From contig NC_042997.1 of the NCBI RefSeq assembly GCF_006345805.1, forward strand, positions 13,516,001-13,580,000: a stretch of 64,000 nt of DNA. The letters run 5' to 3'. A program made the translations under genes and the position numbers. The DNA comes from Octopus sinensis (taxonomy: Eukaryota). Under the pieces are notes generated by a model. That model was not told where the DNA came from and searched no databases. It was given only the letters and a program-made list of their open reading frames with translations. Below are positions 13,095-26,844 of this stretch, piece after piece (position 1 is the first letter of the stretch; each line of letters opens with the position of its first letter).

Positions 13095-14350
13095 TTGGGT
13101 TGTCCGGAAAGTCCGTGCCGATTTATAGTAGCTTACTTTTCGACTTATTTTAAAACATGGCTGAGTCCCTAAAATAGGATTTGACTGCACTTCCATTTAG
13201 AACACAGTTTGAGCTATCTTTTCGTGGAAGAAGGTCTATGTTCCTACAACCTGTGTTAATTATGTAACCCTTTAAAATGCAAAATAAGAAAGTTCATTTT
13301 CGGCACTTGATGCTTTTCTTTTTCCGTAAAGGGAAAAATGCCTCACAAACAGCCAAAGAAATATGCGCAGTTTACGGTGGCGTTTCTTTATTCGAAAGAA
13401 CTTTACGGAAGTAGTTCGCAAGGTTCCGAGCTGGAGATTGTAGCCTTATTGATAAACAGTGATCAGGCAGGCCATACACTACAGATGATGACCAAATCAA
13501 GTCATTAATTGAGAATAACCCACATTGTGCAACCCGAGAGTTGGCAGAAAGCATCATCCTATCAAAATCCGTCGTTAATGAGCACCTGGTAAAGTTTGGG
13601 AACACAAATCACTACGTTGTTTGGGTACCACATGAGTTGAGTGAGAACCTTTTGGATGGCATTTCCATATGTGATTCGTTTTATAAACAGAATGAAAACG
13701 AGCCTTTTTTAAAGCAAATTGTGACAGGTGATGCGAAATGGATTATCTACCGAAACGTTCAGAGGAAACGATCCTGGAGTAGGTGACATGAGGCACCCTT
13801 AGCTACTCCAAAAGCGGGTCTTCACCCTAAAAAAGTCTTGCTTTGTGTCTGGTGGGATTGGAAAGGAATTCTGCACTCTGAGCTTCTCCCAAGTAACCAG
13901 AGAAAGTAACTGAGAAATACTGCACATAACTGGACGAGTTAAAAGCAGCAATTCAAGAGAAACGTCCAGAATTTCCCAAAAGGAAGGGTGTTGTATTCCA
14001 ACAGGATAATGAAAGACCGCACGTTTCTTTGGAACCAGACAAAATTTGCTGCAGCTCACCATATTCACCAGATATTGTTCCTTTGGATTTCCACTTATTC
14101 AGGTCTCTGCAGAATTGTCTTAATGGTAAAAATTTCGATTTCTTGTATGGTGTAGAAAGATACCTTGATGAATACTTTGCCATGAAACCACCTCAGTTCT
14201 GGGAAGAGGGTATTTTCAAGGTAAAGGAAAGATGGAGACGCATTGTGAAACAAAATGGTTCATATATGGTTGATTAAAAATGTAATGGCAAGTATTTATT
14301 GAGCTTTTTCTTTCCTTTAAAAATCGGCACGAACTTTCCGGACAACCCAA
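13095..14350 (+). mobile_element. Full-length mariner DNA transposon (~1.26 kb) with inactivated transposase (~13277-14277)
   Basis: TIRs TTGGGTTGTCCGGAAAGTCCGTGCCGATTT / AAATCGGCACGAACTTTCCGGACAACCCAA with flanking TA; MQNKKVHFRHLML, WVPHEL, IVTGDAKWIIY, YSPDIVPLDFHLF motifs; stops and frameshifts. Confidence 0.96.
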
Positions 14351-14473
14351 TATATATTCAGGATTAGATAAAAAGACAAGAAACGGAAAATATGACATAA
14401 CTGTATATATGTGTGTGTGTGTTTGTGTGTGTATGTATATATATATATGTGTGTGTGTGAGTATGTGTGTGTG

Positions 14474-14517
<44 letters not shown>

Positions 14518-15188
14518 GTGTGTGTGTGTGTGTGTGGTGTGTGTGTGTGTGAGTGTGTGTATGTGTACCTATACACGCATGCACACACATATATACATAC
14601 ATACAGTTACGTCATATTTACCGCTTCTTGCCTTTTTATATAATTCTGAAAATATTATTTATGTAACGCACGCACTCATTAATTTTTTACCCATGGATAT
14701 GTGCGCGTGTGCGTATGTGTGTGAGTGCATTTTTTCCGGGGGCAAGGAAGAAAACGTCACAATAAAATACAGAAACGGAAGTTAAAACGAAGAAAGACGT
14801 ATATTCTCAATGTTGATGGAAAACAGCTGATTGTTATTTATATAAAATAAAGTCAAATGGCGCACAATATTCAATAGAGAAAACTAGATTTTGAATGATT
14901 TTGTCATTTATCTCAAGGAACTCAGTTTGCGAATAATGGCATTTCTCATGCGAAATAAGTTCGTAAAACACTTAGCTTAGATAGAGATATTACGCCATTC
15001 TATCTAATCTTCCTCCAGTCTCCAAAAGCTTTACAAAATGTAATCTTACCTTCTCTTGATTCCGCTTTCTCACCTGCTTCTCTTCCTTTCTCGGCTCTTT
15101 ATTTTTCTCGTTTGCATTTCTCCCGTTCTTACAGTTTCTTCTTTCACTACTTTCGATTCTATTTTTCTCTTTGGGCTTCAAGTTTCCT

Positions 15189-15226
<38 letters not shown>

Positions 15227-15339
15227 GTATCACATATTTAGTTTCTGGGAGGAGTTCTGCCAAGCTTAGGCATAGAAGATTACGCAAACACAAGAACTGG
15301 GCACTACTGCATAGTGCCAAAATGCCTATATCATGACCA

Positions 15340-15377
<38 letters not shown>

Positions 15378-15392
15378 TGTGTGTGTATGTAT

Positions 15393-15470
<78 letters not shown>

Positions 15471-16225
15471 GTACATACATTCGGTATGATAGATCGTAGT
15501 CACTAAATTTTTTCTATTTTCTTCCCTCGTTTATTTCTGTGTTCCTTTCTGTAGGCCCGAACCGTAAAATACTTTCTCACTTCCCGAGCGTTAAACCAAT
15601 ACATCTGTTTGTTGTTTACACACCCGTCTTCGTCTTTTGTTTTTTGTTTTTTTTTTGTAAATTCTCACTATATAAATACATACATACCTTTTACCTATTT
15701 TGGTTATGATATCATTTTTTGAATTCTTAAATTTTATTTTTATACAACATAACAATATTGTTTATAAACAATCACCCATAGAGCTCCTAAAGAAAATTTC
15801 CTCTGTATTAACATCTTAGGTTTCTTAGTGTCTTGCCCTTTAACTGGTAAGTAACATCATGATATAAAGTCTACTCCTACCCTGCTTCTTTTAATAGACA
15901 GTTACTTATATCCAACTGCCTATTCCTGATGTCCTATTTCTCTCCCGAGGAAAAGGGATACATATGATAATATATGTCAACTCACTCCTGTCTTTTATTC
16001 AAAATAGACACAGTCTTCTAATCTTAGATTTAGCTGTTGATAAAGAGATAAATGAAATAGAAATGAATTACAACCCTTACAACCCCACTATGGTCCATGC
16101 GATTCTTAGAAGTTGTAGTCTAAGCTACAATAGCGATAACATGAAATTATTCCATCTTCTTGCTCTGTTAAGATATTTAAGAAAAATGATGTGTCCTACT
16201 TGTTAAAACTCCATTTATTTATTTG

Positions 16226-16311
16226 TGCAGTTGAAGATGGCACTGCATTTAAATTAAAGTAATGATTTCATTGTTCAATTAAATGGAGTCGCTTGAAACG
16301 TTCGTATTGCA
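16226..16311 (+). ncRNA. Degenerate minimal hammerhead ribozyme motif (family 1)
   Basis: TGCAG-TTGAAGA-long stem II-GAAAC-GTTC-GTA-TTGCA; C3 changed to U and loop III no longer palindromic. Confidence 0.6.
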
Positions 16312-16586
16312 TTACTATTTCATATCCAGTACCTTATGTTGATATATATATATAAATGTATGTGTGTGTATAATATATACATATATATGTATATATGTGT
16401 GTGTATATGTATATATGTATATACACAAATACATGCATGTGTGTATGCAGGTATATGTCTTTGTATTTAAAAAATCTTCTTATATTCTTTGACTGTTTTC
16501 AACCACTTATTTATTCAACGCTAGTACTTGTGATTGTATATAGATGGGTACTATAACAAAATAAGCAACAGGTTATCAAACAGCAA

Positions 16587-16672
16587 TGCAGTGCGGCCGT
16601 TTGTAGTGGCTCCATTTAATTGTACAATGCAATCATTACATCAATTTAAATGAAGTGCCATCTTCAGCTTCA
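16587..16672 (-). ncRNA. Degenerate minimal hammerhead ribozyme motif (family 1), inverted copy
   Basis: Minus strand: TGAAG-CTGAAGA-TGGCACTTCATTTAA...TTAAATGGAGCCACTA-CAAAC-GGCC-GCA-CTGCA; G12 and U16.1 mutated. Confidence 0.6.
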
Positions 16673-17077
16673 GAAATAAATAAATGGAATTTAACAAGTA
16701 GCACACTTTTTTCCGTCTTCTAAGATTAAATACCCAATCATGCTCTGGTGTTTTCACAGCTTTACTGCATTCAAAATTTAATTTCTTGTCTGTAAATTAT
16801 GAACACTAGGCACCATGCTAGTTCGGTATAATCTGCAGACCCCACTAGTAGAAGACTACATACTAGATAAAGTCTTCTAAATATAAGTAACTACGTCACC
16901 ACTCTTTTTATCTTGACTCCCACCTATTTCTTCTACTATTCTCTAAATAATAGTAGTCTTAACTAGATATGCATTATTTTCTAAACTCAGTTATAACAAA
17001 AGAAAACAATGTAAATATTTTGTTTTCCATTATTGATGTAAATTTATTCAAAAAAGGTTTATCTTTTATGTTTGAAT

Positions 17078-17161
17078 TCATCTGACGAGAACGTTTCTTT
17101 CAGATTGATGTAATGTTTTCATTAATTAATTAAATGGAGGTGCTTGAAACGGCCGTAATGA
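17078..17161 (+). ncRNA. Minimal type-I hammerhead ribozyme motif with intact core (family 1)
   Basis: TCAT-CTGACGA(17082-88)-imperfect stem II-GAAAC(17146-50)-GGCC-GTA-ATGA; stem I TCAT/ATGA, palindromic loop III, GUA cleavage triplet. Confidence 0.75.
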
Positions 17162-17234
17162 CTTGACACCTGTACATCTTTGTGACTTATATATATATAT
17201 GTGCGTGTGTGTATGCATGTATATATATGTATAT

Positions 17235-17283
<49 letters not shown>

Positions 17284-17296
17284 GATACGTACATGC

Positions 17297-17331
<35 letters not shown>

Positions 17332-17364
17332 TATCTATATATCTATGTGTGTGTGTTCAAATAT

Positions 17365-17535
17365 TGGTGTCAAATCTTGGCACAGGACCAGTAAGTGCTC
17401 AACTGGTAATTATTTTATCGACCTCGAAGGAATGAAAGGCAAGTTTGACCTTGGAAGAATTTGGACTCAGAACGTTAGACGGACGAAATACTGCTGAACA
17501 TTTGGTCGAGTATGTTAACAATTCTGCCAACTATC
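17365..17535 (-). mobile_element. Diverged SINE family A copy
   Basis: Reverse complement of family A core (CTGGTAATTATTTTATCGACCTCGAAGGAATGAAAGGCAAG...ACTCAGAACG). Confidence 0.75.
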
Positions 17536-18392
17536 CGTATATATGTTTGAATATTGATATTTTGGTTGCGATAAAATGAGAATGACCAATATTTGGTATT
17601 CCAAGGAAATCTGTGTATAACCAAGTTCCAACCAAGTACCAGATATGTAATCTTCCTCTAATTTACTTTCGGTATTATACGGGCCATTAGAGTAATTCCT
17701 ATTAAATAACTGGTATTAATTTTCCCATCTGAGAAAAAATAATCCTACAACCAATACGATAGTTGCCTTGGATTAATAATGCAAAATATGTCAGTTTCCA
17801 TATACAGAATTAAAGAATGTTTACTCTATGTGATGTGCAATGAGGTCGATCCCAGACTCATGGTTGCAAAACAATTTCGAAACCACATACTCCCACATAG
17901 ACTTTGGGTTAAGTAGCACAAAATAGAAACCCACAATCTATAAAATCGTTGATAAACCCGTACAACCATTGGAGCAGCAAAGTATTATGCATTCACCCAC
18001 TTAGTTTTTATTTCAACTATTAACGACATCGATGCCGTTGCAGCAAGACAATCACAAACATACTTAACAACAGAGATCCCACATTAGCCAGTTTCATTTA
18101 ATATTCCAGCACAGACCGGCATTTAACTGAGATTTTCTTCTAGTCTAATCCGAGTGGTGTCAGCCTACTGAAGATCACGATGAAAATTTCATGCGCTATA
18201 ATTTTTTTCTGTCTTCGGAAGTATATATCTATGGATGGTGCATGTACGTGAAACGGGCTTCTTCCAGTTTTAGCCCAGAAAATTTTGGTTGGCCGTAGGC
18301 CCGAGGCTGCAGTAGCAAACACTTGGCCTTGGTACCACGCAGTGGGACTAAATACTGCACCTGCGATATATGTACGTACATACGGGTGTGTG

Positions 18393-18438
<46 letters not shown>

Positions 18439-18889
18439 TGTACCAGCAAACACATGTTGATATGCATATATACATAACTCTTTTACTTTTTTCCTCGATC
18501 CATTTAATGGAAAGAGGTCATGCTGGGTACCGCTTTCAAAAGAAAATCTAAAAACTTTGCTTACAACAACCATCTGAGCACAAACTAAGCTCCACAATGC
18601 TTCACTTCGGCGATCGGACGAAAACTAATGTCTTCAAAGCGTACATATAAGGCACGTTCATATGTATGTGTGCGTATTTACGCGGCACGCGTGTATGTGT
18701 GTATGTTTGTGTGTGTATATGTATGTGTGTGTTTGAGTGTGTGTATTTGTAAGTCGCTCTCAATTATTTCAAGAAGCGAGGAACTCCCAGCAGAGAGGGA
18801 GAGAAACTTAAACTTGTAGTAAAACCAACTCTATTGAGCGTATTTGTTGACTTTCTTCATTAAAACGATTTTACACCCTTACACACACA

Positions 18890-18984
18890 CTCACATCTAT
18901 GTTTATACAGATATATATATATATGTATGCATGTATATATATATATATATATACATACATACATATATAAATATGTATACATAA

Positions 18985-19034
<50 letters not shown>

Positions 19035-19117
19035 TATGTATACATAAATATATATATATATATATATAATTAATATATTTCTAGTGGGTGAATGGCCTAT
19101 TATGGCCGTTCCTTGAT

Positions 19118-19167
<50 letters not shown>

Positions 19168-19249
19168 TACATAGAAAGATAGATAGAAAGACAGATAGGT
19201 AGATAGAAAGATAGATAAATAGATAGATAGATAGATAGATAGGTAGATA

Positions 19250-19329
<80 letters not shown>

Positions 19330-19350
19330 ATAGATAGGTAGATAGATACG
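18890..19350. repeat. (TA)n/(GATA)n compound microsatellite block
   Basis: Direct inspection; a further (GATA)n tract lies at ~19758-19858. Confidence 0.95.
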
Positions 19351-19756
19351 TGTTCATATGTATATGTGTATCTGTACATGTGAGTGTGGTCTGCGTAATC
19401 CTTTATTATTGAAAAGAAAGGATGGGCATATTGACTAACGTTAATGACAAGAATATGAACTCTCAAGTATTATTTCGCTAAGAAAAAGTCTGATAATTGT
19501 CCGTTTATTCATCCATAGAATGTCATTGCTTTTCTGTCTTTTCGTCCACAGAAATGCCGTCGGCTAGAATATTGGTACAGTCAGTTTTGTCTGAACGGCC
19601 CAGTAGAGCGCACTGATGTAGAAGGCTACTGGTCAAGTGGAAAATTGTAGTAAAGGGTTGGCTTTAGACTAATGGTATTTAGATTAGAAAAGAAAGACAT
19701 GGAAACAATCGATAGTTAACATAAATAGAAATAGGAAAGATTAAGAAGAAGAAGAG

Positions 19757-19845
<89 letters not shown>

Positions 19846-20037
19846 GTAGATAGATAGAGAATTGGATGGGGAATTAGGAGTGCGATTAATGAGAGATCTA
19901 GATAAAATCTAGCAGAGCGATATACGATATACAATACCGAATTAGAATCATCCTCAGAGTGATAAAGAGAGAAGGAAAGAGACTGAGGACTGGTGAATGA
20001 GAGAGAGAGAGAGATAAAGGAAAAAACAATATGTTTT

Positions 20038-20076
<39 letters not shown>

Positions 20077-20079
20077 CTC

Positions 20080-20140
<61 letters not shown>

Positions 20141-20889
20141 TATATATAAGTATATGTCTCTAAGCATATGTATGTGAATGTATGTCTTTGTATGTGTGTG
20201 TATATTTTGAGTGCGTGTCTCGAACATCTATGTGGATCTGCGTACGAAAAATGAGAATATAAATAATATAAAAGATGGTGTTTATCTCTGAGCGGAATGT
20301 TATTCGACTGATTTCCAGAAATTTCACTATTACCAGCAGATTTTAACAACTTGCTCACAGACATGCTATTTTCAATATGTGCCTTTTTATTATCAAAACA
20401 GCTATGTCTTCTGCATTTTCAAACTATCAAGATGGCTACCAACAAGCGTCTCAACCTTGTGCACCAATTTTCCCTGTACACATCACCCCTACCATATCTC
20501 ACTCTCGTATCTTGCATTTCTTTCATATATTTTTTATTATTGACTTCAGCTTCTAGACTGCGGCAATGCAGTGCCAATGCCTCCGTGGATTTTACTTTAT
20601 TACGTAGATCGTAGCACTTGGCTGCTACATTTATCAACCATGCCAAATTCAAAGTGGTCACTTGTTTAAATATAGATATTTCTATTCGAATGAATCAGTG
20701 TACATCATATAAATACATACTTATGTACGTACCTACACATGCATACATACATACATACATACATACATACATACATACATACATACATACATACATACAT
20801 ACATACATACGTACATACATGTATGCATAGGGAGAGAAAAAAATGTGTGTAGTGGCTAGCGATCCATCATGACGAATCTTATATATATG

Positions 20890-20979
<90 letters not shown>

Positions 20980-21031
20980 CTAAATACTAAATTTCTAAAT
21001 CTCTCGTAGAAACATGTACGGTGGTGGGGCG

Positions 21032-21266
21032 ATAGAATGGTTGTATACTGTCAATCTAACACGAACGTGACAGTAGGGGGGTACACCACCGCAGTATAGC
21101 CCTAGGAAGCATCGACGCCTCCTGATGGCTTTGACACATTTTTCCTGTGTCCTTGACACAGGAAAAATGTGTCAAAGCCATCAGGAGGCGTCGATGATTC
21201 CTTGGGCTATACAGCGGTGGTGTACCCACCTACTGTCTCGTTCCTGTTAAATTGACAGAATACAAC

Positions 21267-21274
<8 letters not shown>
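21032..21274. repeat. 243-bp fold-back palindrome (120-bp arms, 3-nt loop)
   Basis: Arms 21032-21151 and 21155-21274 are reverse complements with 8 mismatches and no indels; inner 42 bp are perfect. Confidence 0.97.
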
Positions 21275-21298
<24 letters not shown>

Positions 21299-21745
21299 TA
21301 ATATACTTATGTATACATATGCGTGTGAGAGAGAGGATTGTGTGTGTGTATACACATGCACGGCAGTCTTCCGTGTGCCTTCCGTGTACCAAAAGGTGTA
21401 CAACAATGAGACTAGACTTGAAGTCACGTTTGTAAATAAGTATCTTTCGAATTCCTGCAGTGTGATTATTACATGTTTAAGCAGCATTTGATGGGGCAAT
21501 GTTCAACAACTGAGCCAGGCTGCTGTGAAGTGGGAGATTAGAAATGAATCGCTAAAACATTGTAAAGAAATAGCAATATGGAGATTTAGATCAGGGCAAA
21601 AATTAACTAGGATAAGTTGATGAGCTTAGAGCTAGTCACCTAGATGGACATGTCTATGCCGTCGGTCAGTGTCGAACAAAGCTAGACAGAAGGTCATGTT
21701 AAGTTGCTTGTCGTCTAGTTCGGTTCGAACCCCCACACAGATGGA

Positions 21746-21942
21746 AAGAAGAAGAAGAAGAAGAAGAAAAAGAAGAAGAAGAAGAAGAAGAAGAAGAAGA
21801 AGAAGAAGAAGAAGAAGAAGAAGAAGAAGAAGAAGAAGAAGAAGAAGAAGAAGAAGAAGAAAAATATGTGTTGCATGTGCCTGGCGTACTCTTATCCGAT
21901 GGGTAGTCATGATGGGTATACAGGGCTTCGTATATTTTACAT
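21746..21942 (+). repeat. (GAA)n tract followed by ~80-bp dispersed repeat; second copy at ~24927-25150
   Basis: Both loci: (GAA)n-ATATGTGTTGCATGTGCCTGGCGTACTCTTATC.GATGGGTA.TCATGATGGGTATACAGGGCTTCGTATATTTTAC. Confidence 0.9.
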
Positions 21943-22297
21943 ATATACGCATTCATATGTTATATCCGTCTAATCGATGTTCTTTGTCCGATTTATCATC
22001 TGGTCAGATGTGGTGCAGAGATTTATGTATGTATATAGCTATGTGAGAGAGTTTGTGATTGTGTTTGTCCAATTCCACCTACGTGCCGCCGATTGACTAG
22101 TGGCTTTGGTTTGTTTACGTCCCCATAATATAGCGGTTCGGCAAACATACCAGTACAATAAGTTCCAGACTTTAAATAAGTACTGAAGTCTGCTTATTCG
22201 ACGAAACCCTTCAACTCGGTGCCCCAGTATAAACAAATAATGCTTAAGTTTTCGTCCAAATTAATAAAGTAATTTCTTTCATAGCTAAGCGTGAATA

Positions 22298-22620
22298 TCT
22301 ATATATATAAAACTGTAGTTGTGTAAGTGTCTGTCCCCTTCGATTTAGATTCCTAACTACTCCCACATTTTGCGGTGCAGTTTAACCAAATTCGGGTATC
22401 TTATAGTCGTGATTCATATCGAGCCCGTCTGAGTATTAGCGCGCGTCTACGATGAGTCTACGATTTTAAAAATAATTTAACATCATTTTTTATTCCATTT
22501 TAATGCATAAGAAATGGCTAAGAAAGCCCGAATTGGCATCTATAAGGGAAGTAAGTCTCTAAAAATGCTTATATAGTTATTTCCCTTACAAACCCGAGCA
22601 ACGCAGGGCGATACTGCTAG
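22298..22620 (+). mobile_element. Non-autonomous Helitron
   Basis: A|TCTATATATATAAAA 5' end; 3' hairpin CCCGAGCAACGCAGGG then CTAG|T; inserted in an AT dinucleotide, no TSD. Confidence 0.88.
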
Positions 22621-23659
22621 TAACATCTAAATAATCAAATTCGGCGCATTGGTATCGAACTCATCTATTTGTGCTGTTAATGCTTTGAATTAGTGACATA
22701 TGTTGAGATTCTGCACCATTTTGTAGATCCATTTGTTTAAGTACCATAGCCACATTCCAAAAGACGCTGAGAATTAAGCTGCAGTAAGAACAGCTACAGC
22801 GAACTCCGATATTCGTATACACAGCAAATGTTCAAGCTATTCCACAGCAAGTAAACAGCTTGCAATCAAATTAACAAGAAATTAACTGCAAACGTGAGCC
22901 TGTGCATAAGAAGAAAATATCGTTAAAGAATTATTTCAGTTAATAAAATTTTAAGATTTTCTCATAATTTCTTCTGAAGCACGTGGTGTATGTTAAAGCA
23001 ATATTGAGATCACAAACGGTGATTTTGCAAATTAAACTTTCTTGTTGGCAGCATTTTTTGTTTTTTTGGGTTTTTTTTTTGTAACTTTTTCGCTTAAATT
23101 GCAAAGACAAATTTCCTATTTTTCTTGTTTAGATTTTTTTTTTTTTTGCAATGCTTTATTTATTTAGTTATTTGTTTGTTTGTTAATTGCTGTTTCTTAT
23201 TTTTGATGTTGAATTCGTCATAGCGCTCTGACTTGCCTCGTCGCTGCTTGTTATTGTCATCATCGATAATATCATCGCTATCGTTATCGACAACAAAATC
23301 GTCGTCGTCATCATCGTCATCATCATCATCATCATCGTCGTCGTCGTCGTCGTCAAAGGTTATTATTTTGTTAAGAGCCATATTTATATTGGTTCCAAAT
23401 TTTGGCACAAGGCCGGAGAGTTTAGGAGATAGTACTCAGCTGGTAATTAGTTTATAGACCCCCTTAATTTCAACGTCAGTGAAATTTGAACTCAGAAAGT
23501 AAAGACGGTCGGAATGCTGCGATGCATTTTGTCCGGCGCGTTAACGATTCTGCCAGGTCGCCGTCTTAAGTCTTTGAGAGCGATTTTCCTGTATCCTGTA
23601 TTCAGTATTTCAAAAATGCTATTTGAGCATATCCTCACCATTTTCTCTAAGCTTTTGCT

Positions 23660-23959
23660 TTGTTCCTTCTCGAGCCATGCCTGGCTCATAAGGGCCGGTT
23701 TCCCGGTTTCCTTGGCGTATAGGTTCCCCACCTGGACGGGACGCCGGTCCGTTGCAGATGAGCTGCAAGATGCAGGAGGAAAGAGTGAAGGAAAGCTGTG
23801 GCGAAAGAGTCAGCAGAAGTTCGCTATTACCTTCTGCCGGAGCCGAGTGGAGCTTAGGTGTTTCGCTCATAAACACACACATCGCCCGGTCTGAGATTCG
23901 AACCCGCGATCCCTCGACCATGAGTCCGCTACTCTAACCACTAGGCCATGTCCCTCCAC
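23660..23959 (-). mobile_element. tRNA-derived SINE family C
   Basis: Head GTGGAGGGACATGGCCTAGTGGTTAGAG...GGGTTCGAATCTC (A and B boxes); TSD-like TTTTCTCTAAG at 23641 and 23961; homologous to 42325-42626. Confidence 0.9.
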
Positions 23960-25189
23960 ATTTTCTCTAAGGATAGGTTACCGGCTATGTGGACCTATGC
24001 TTTGATTAGGAAGCGCTTTCTTTTCTGGATTAATCTATGTTAAGATTTTATAACAATTCTTGTCTGCTTAAGTGGCTGTTATAAACTATTGAGTTGATTG
24101 ATCCTTAATTATCATTAAGTATGTTTTATATCGTTCTTCCTTTTCTCTTTCTAACATCATACTAGCGTACTGAACTAATTCTCATGTCTTTCTCAAAGCT
24201 AATTTTTTTTTTTAATTTCATGGCTATTTTCCTGGTTAATCCGTGTATTTTCAGCTGCAGTATTTCTAGTTGTTTAAGATCAGCAGCGTACAACTTAATT
24301 TCGTTCTGGCAGGAAGGAGTGTAGGGAAATTTATGCCACGGCATTTGGATCAGATTTCTGTCCCCTGTAACACGAAGTTTAAATATTTAGTGCTGGGCAC
24401 AAACTTAACGGAAAAGAAATTTCTGTATGATTTCTCTCATAATTCAAAGTGGAATAATTCTTTTCTTGTCTCTATCTGAAGAACTGGTTATCATTCTCCG
24501 GAATGTCGTGCTTTTCGTGAAAAAACAAAACAAAAAAAAACGTAGGAACGCCGATGATAGAATACTGAGGCACAATATAAATGTGATGCACACACATATG
24601 CACGCACAGACACACACACACACGCACACACAATTACACAAACACACTCACACATATATACTTACTCAAATATGTGTATGTATGTATGTATGTATGTATG
24701 TATGTATGTATGTATGTATGTATGCATGTTTGTATGTATGTATGTATGCCATTGTTTAGTTTTATTTCAAGATTTCTTGCCGATAGAGAAAGAGCAGGTT
24801 CCTAACCTAGATCCGAGGCTCCTTCAGTGGAATTTCAACATCAACAACGGGGTATTTTCGTTTGTATGTATGTATGCGTGTCCGCTGCCATTACCGCTGG
24901 GCCATTGCACCTCCATAATAATAATGAGAAGAAGAAGAAGAAGAAGAAGAAGAAGAAGAAGAAGAAGAAGGAGAAGAAGAAGAAGAAGAAGAAGAAGAAG
25001 AAGGAGAAGAAGAAGAAGAAGAAGAAGAAGAAGAAGAAGAAGAAGAAGAAGAAGAAGAAGAAGAAGAAGAAGAATATGTGTTGCATGTGCCTGGCGTACT
25101 CTTATCAGATGGGTAATCATGATGGGTATACAGGGCTTCGTATATTTTACCCTAGTGTCGCTTTGATGGCATGCATGCTATTTGCAATT

Positions 25190-26745
25190 CCACAAATATC
25201 CATAGTAATGAAACTCAGGAAAGTTAAGATGGGTTACCGATGTGGGAAAAAATGCCCATCATTGAACCACCTTCTGTTTATGGATGACATGAAATTGTTT
25301 AAGAAATCTGAAAAACAGATGGATTTCTTAACGAAAACAGTACAGAAGTGTGGAAGGGACAGCAGTATGGAATTTGGGATTACCAAAAGCTTAGTTCTTA
25401 ATATGAAAACAGAGAAGAAAGCATCCTGCATAGGATTGCGGTTGCCATCAGGAAAGACCATGGGTGAACCCGACGGTAGTGGGTATAGATATTTAGAGAT
25501 CTTGGAGCTGAATGAAAGTCAAGGTCAGCGAAGCGTATCAAAAAAGGGTGAAGATGGTGTTGAAATACAACCTGAATGCCAAAACTTTGATTACTGCAGT
25601 TGCGGTGGTCAGATATAGTGCATCCACCCTCAAACGAACAAAGGAGAAAATATCAACACAGCATAGAAGGACGAGAAACTGGATAACACTGCATGGAGCA
25701 CTACACCCTAAAGCAAAGGTATATGAAAAGAAAGAATGGTGGCAGGAGACTACTTAGTATAAACCATAGCATAAGGAGTGAAGGAAGAATGCCAGCCGAG
25801 TATTTGATAAATAGTGATGAAGACCTACTGCAATATTCCGCGAAAGATATGGGTGTGAATGCAGATGAAATGATGGGCAAGGAAGAGTTTAACCAAAGAG
25901 ATGAGGAGAAGAGAAAAGACCTTCTTGAAATGAGAATGCAGTTTGAAAGGAATACATAAGACATTAAGCATAATCCAGCATCGTAATCGTAGCTTGAGCG
26001 AGATCATTTGAAGCGTACCACCGAAAGCCTGATAATTGCTGCACAAGACCAGGATCTTGCTACCAATTCAGTGAAGTATAACATATATAAAACTTCTGAC
26101 ACCCAGAAATGCAGACTCTGTGGAACGAGTATGGAAAACGTGACCCACTTATAAGTGGATGTGAAAGTCTTGTTCAAAAAGTATACTGGTGCCTCCACTT
26201 GCAGCTATCTCCATTGGCTCTTATGCTGCAAATACCAATATGAAGTAACATAGAACAGGCATGAGCACGTAACAACTAAAGTTATGCAGGAGGATGGAAA
26301 AGTAACGATACTCTGGGACTATGATTTTCAGACGAATCATGTAATCGAACACTGTCGACCGGATATTCTCATATTGAATAAGAGAGACAAATACTGTCAG
26401 ATCATTGATGTAGTCATACTTAATGACATGAATGTTGTGAGTAAAGTGACTGACAAATCACCAAGCACTGTGAATTGAAAGTGGAAATCGCAAAACTGTA
26501 TGGAATGCGAGAGGGTAATGTAAAAGTGATACCAGTGGTGATTGGTACGTTGGGCTCAATCTCATTGAAACTTCAAAACTTCTTAAGTCAACTGGAAATC
26601 CCATGTAAGATTGATATCTTGCAAAAAGCGGCTTTACTGGGCACAACGCACAACTTAAGGAAAGTATTATCTGTCTGAAATCCTTGATGTGAATTGACAG
26701 ATGAATAAAGACTCCGGTGCATTTATACCTACACTGTGTTACGAA
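25190..26745 (+). mobile_element. 5'-truncated, degraded R4/Dong-clade (REL-endonuclease) non-LTR retrotransposon
   Basis: LNHLLFMDDMKLF (RT), AAQDQ, CRLCG zinc knuckle, ILWDYDFQTNHVIEHCRPDILIL, IPVVIGTLG, LQKAALLGTTHNLRKVL; followed by a (TAC)n(AAT)n tail ~26748-26843. Confidence 0.92.
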
Positions 26746-26749
26746 TGAA

Positions 26750-26805
<56 letters not shown>

Positions 26806-26807
26806 AT

Positions 26808-26844
<37 letters not shown>

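Noticed and set aside
19400-19700. Possible pogo/Tigger DDE remnant on the minus strand
   Set aside because: Only a vague motif resemblance (LRVHILVINVSQYAHP); too degraded to support
21669-22046. Protamine-like poly-Arg ORF
   Set aside because: Pure (GAA)n microsatellite followed by a repeat that is also present at 24927-25150
24827-25618. 263-aa ORF with poly-Lys, the longest in the track
   Set aside because: Chance fusion of a (GAA)n tract, a dispersed repeat and a LINE RT fragment; not a gene
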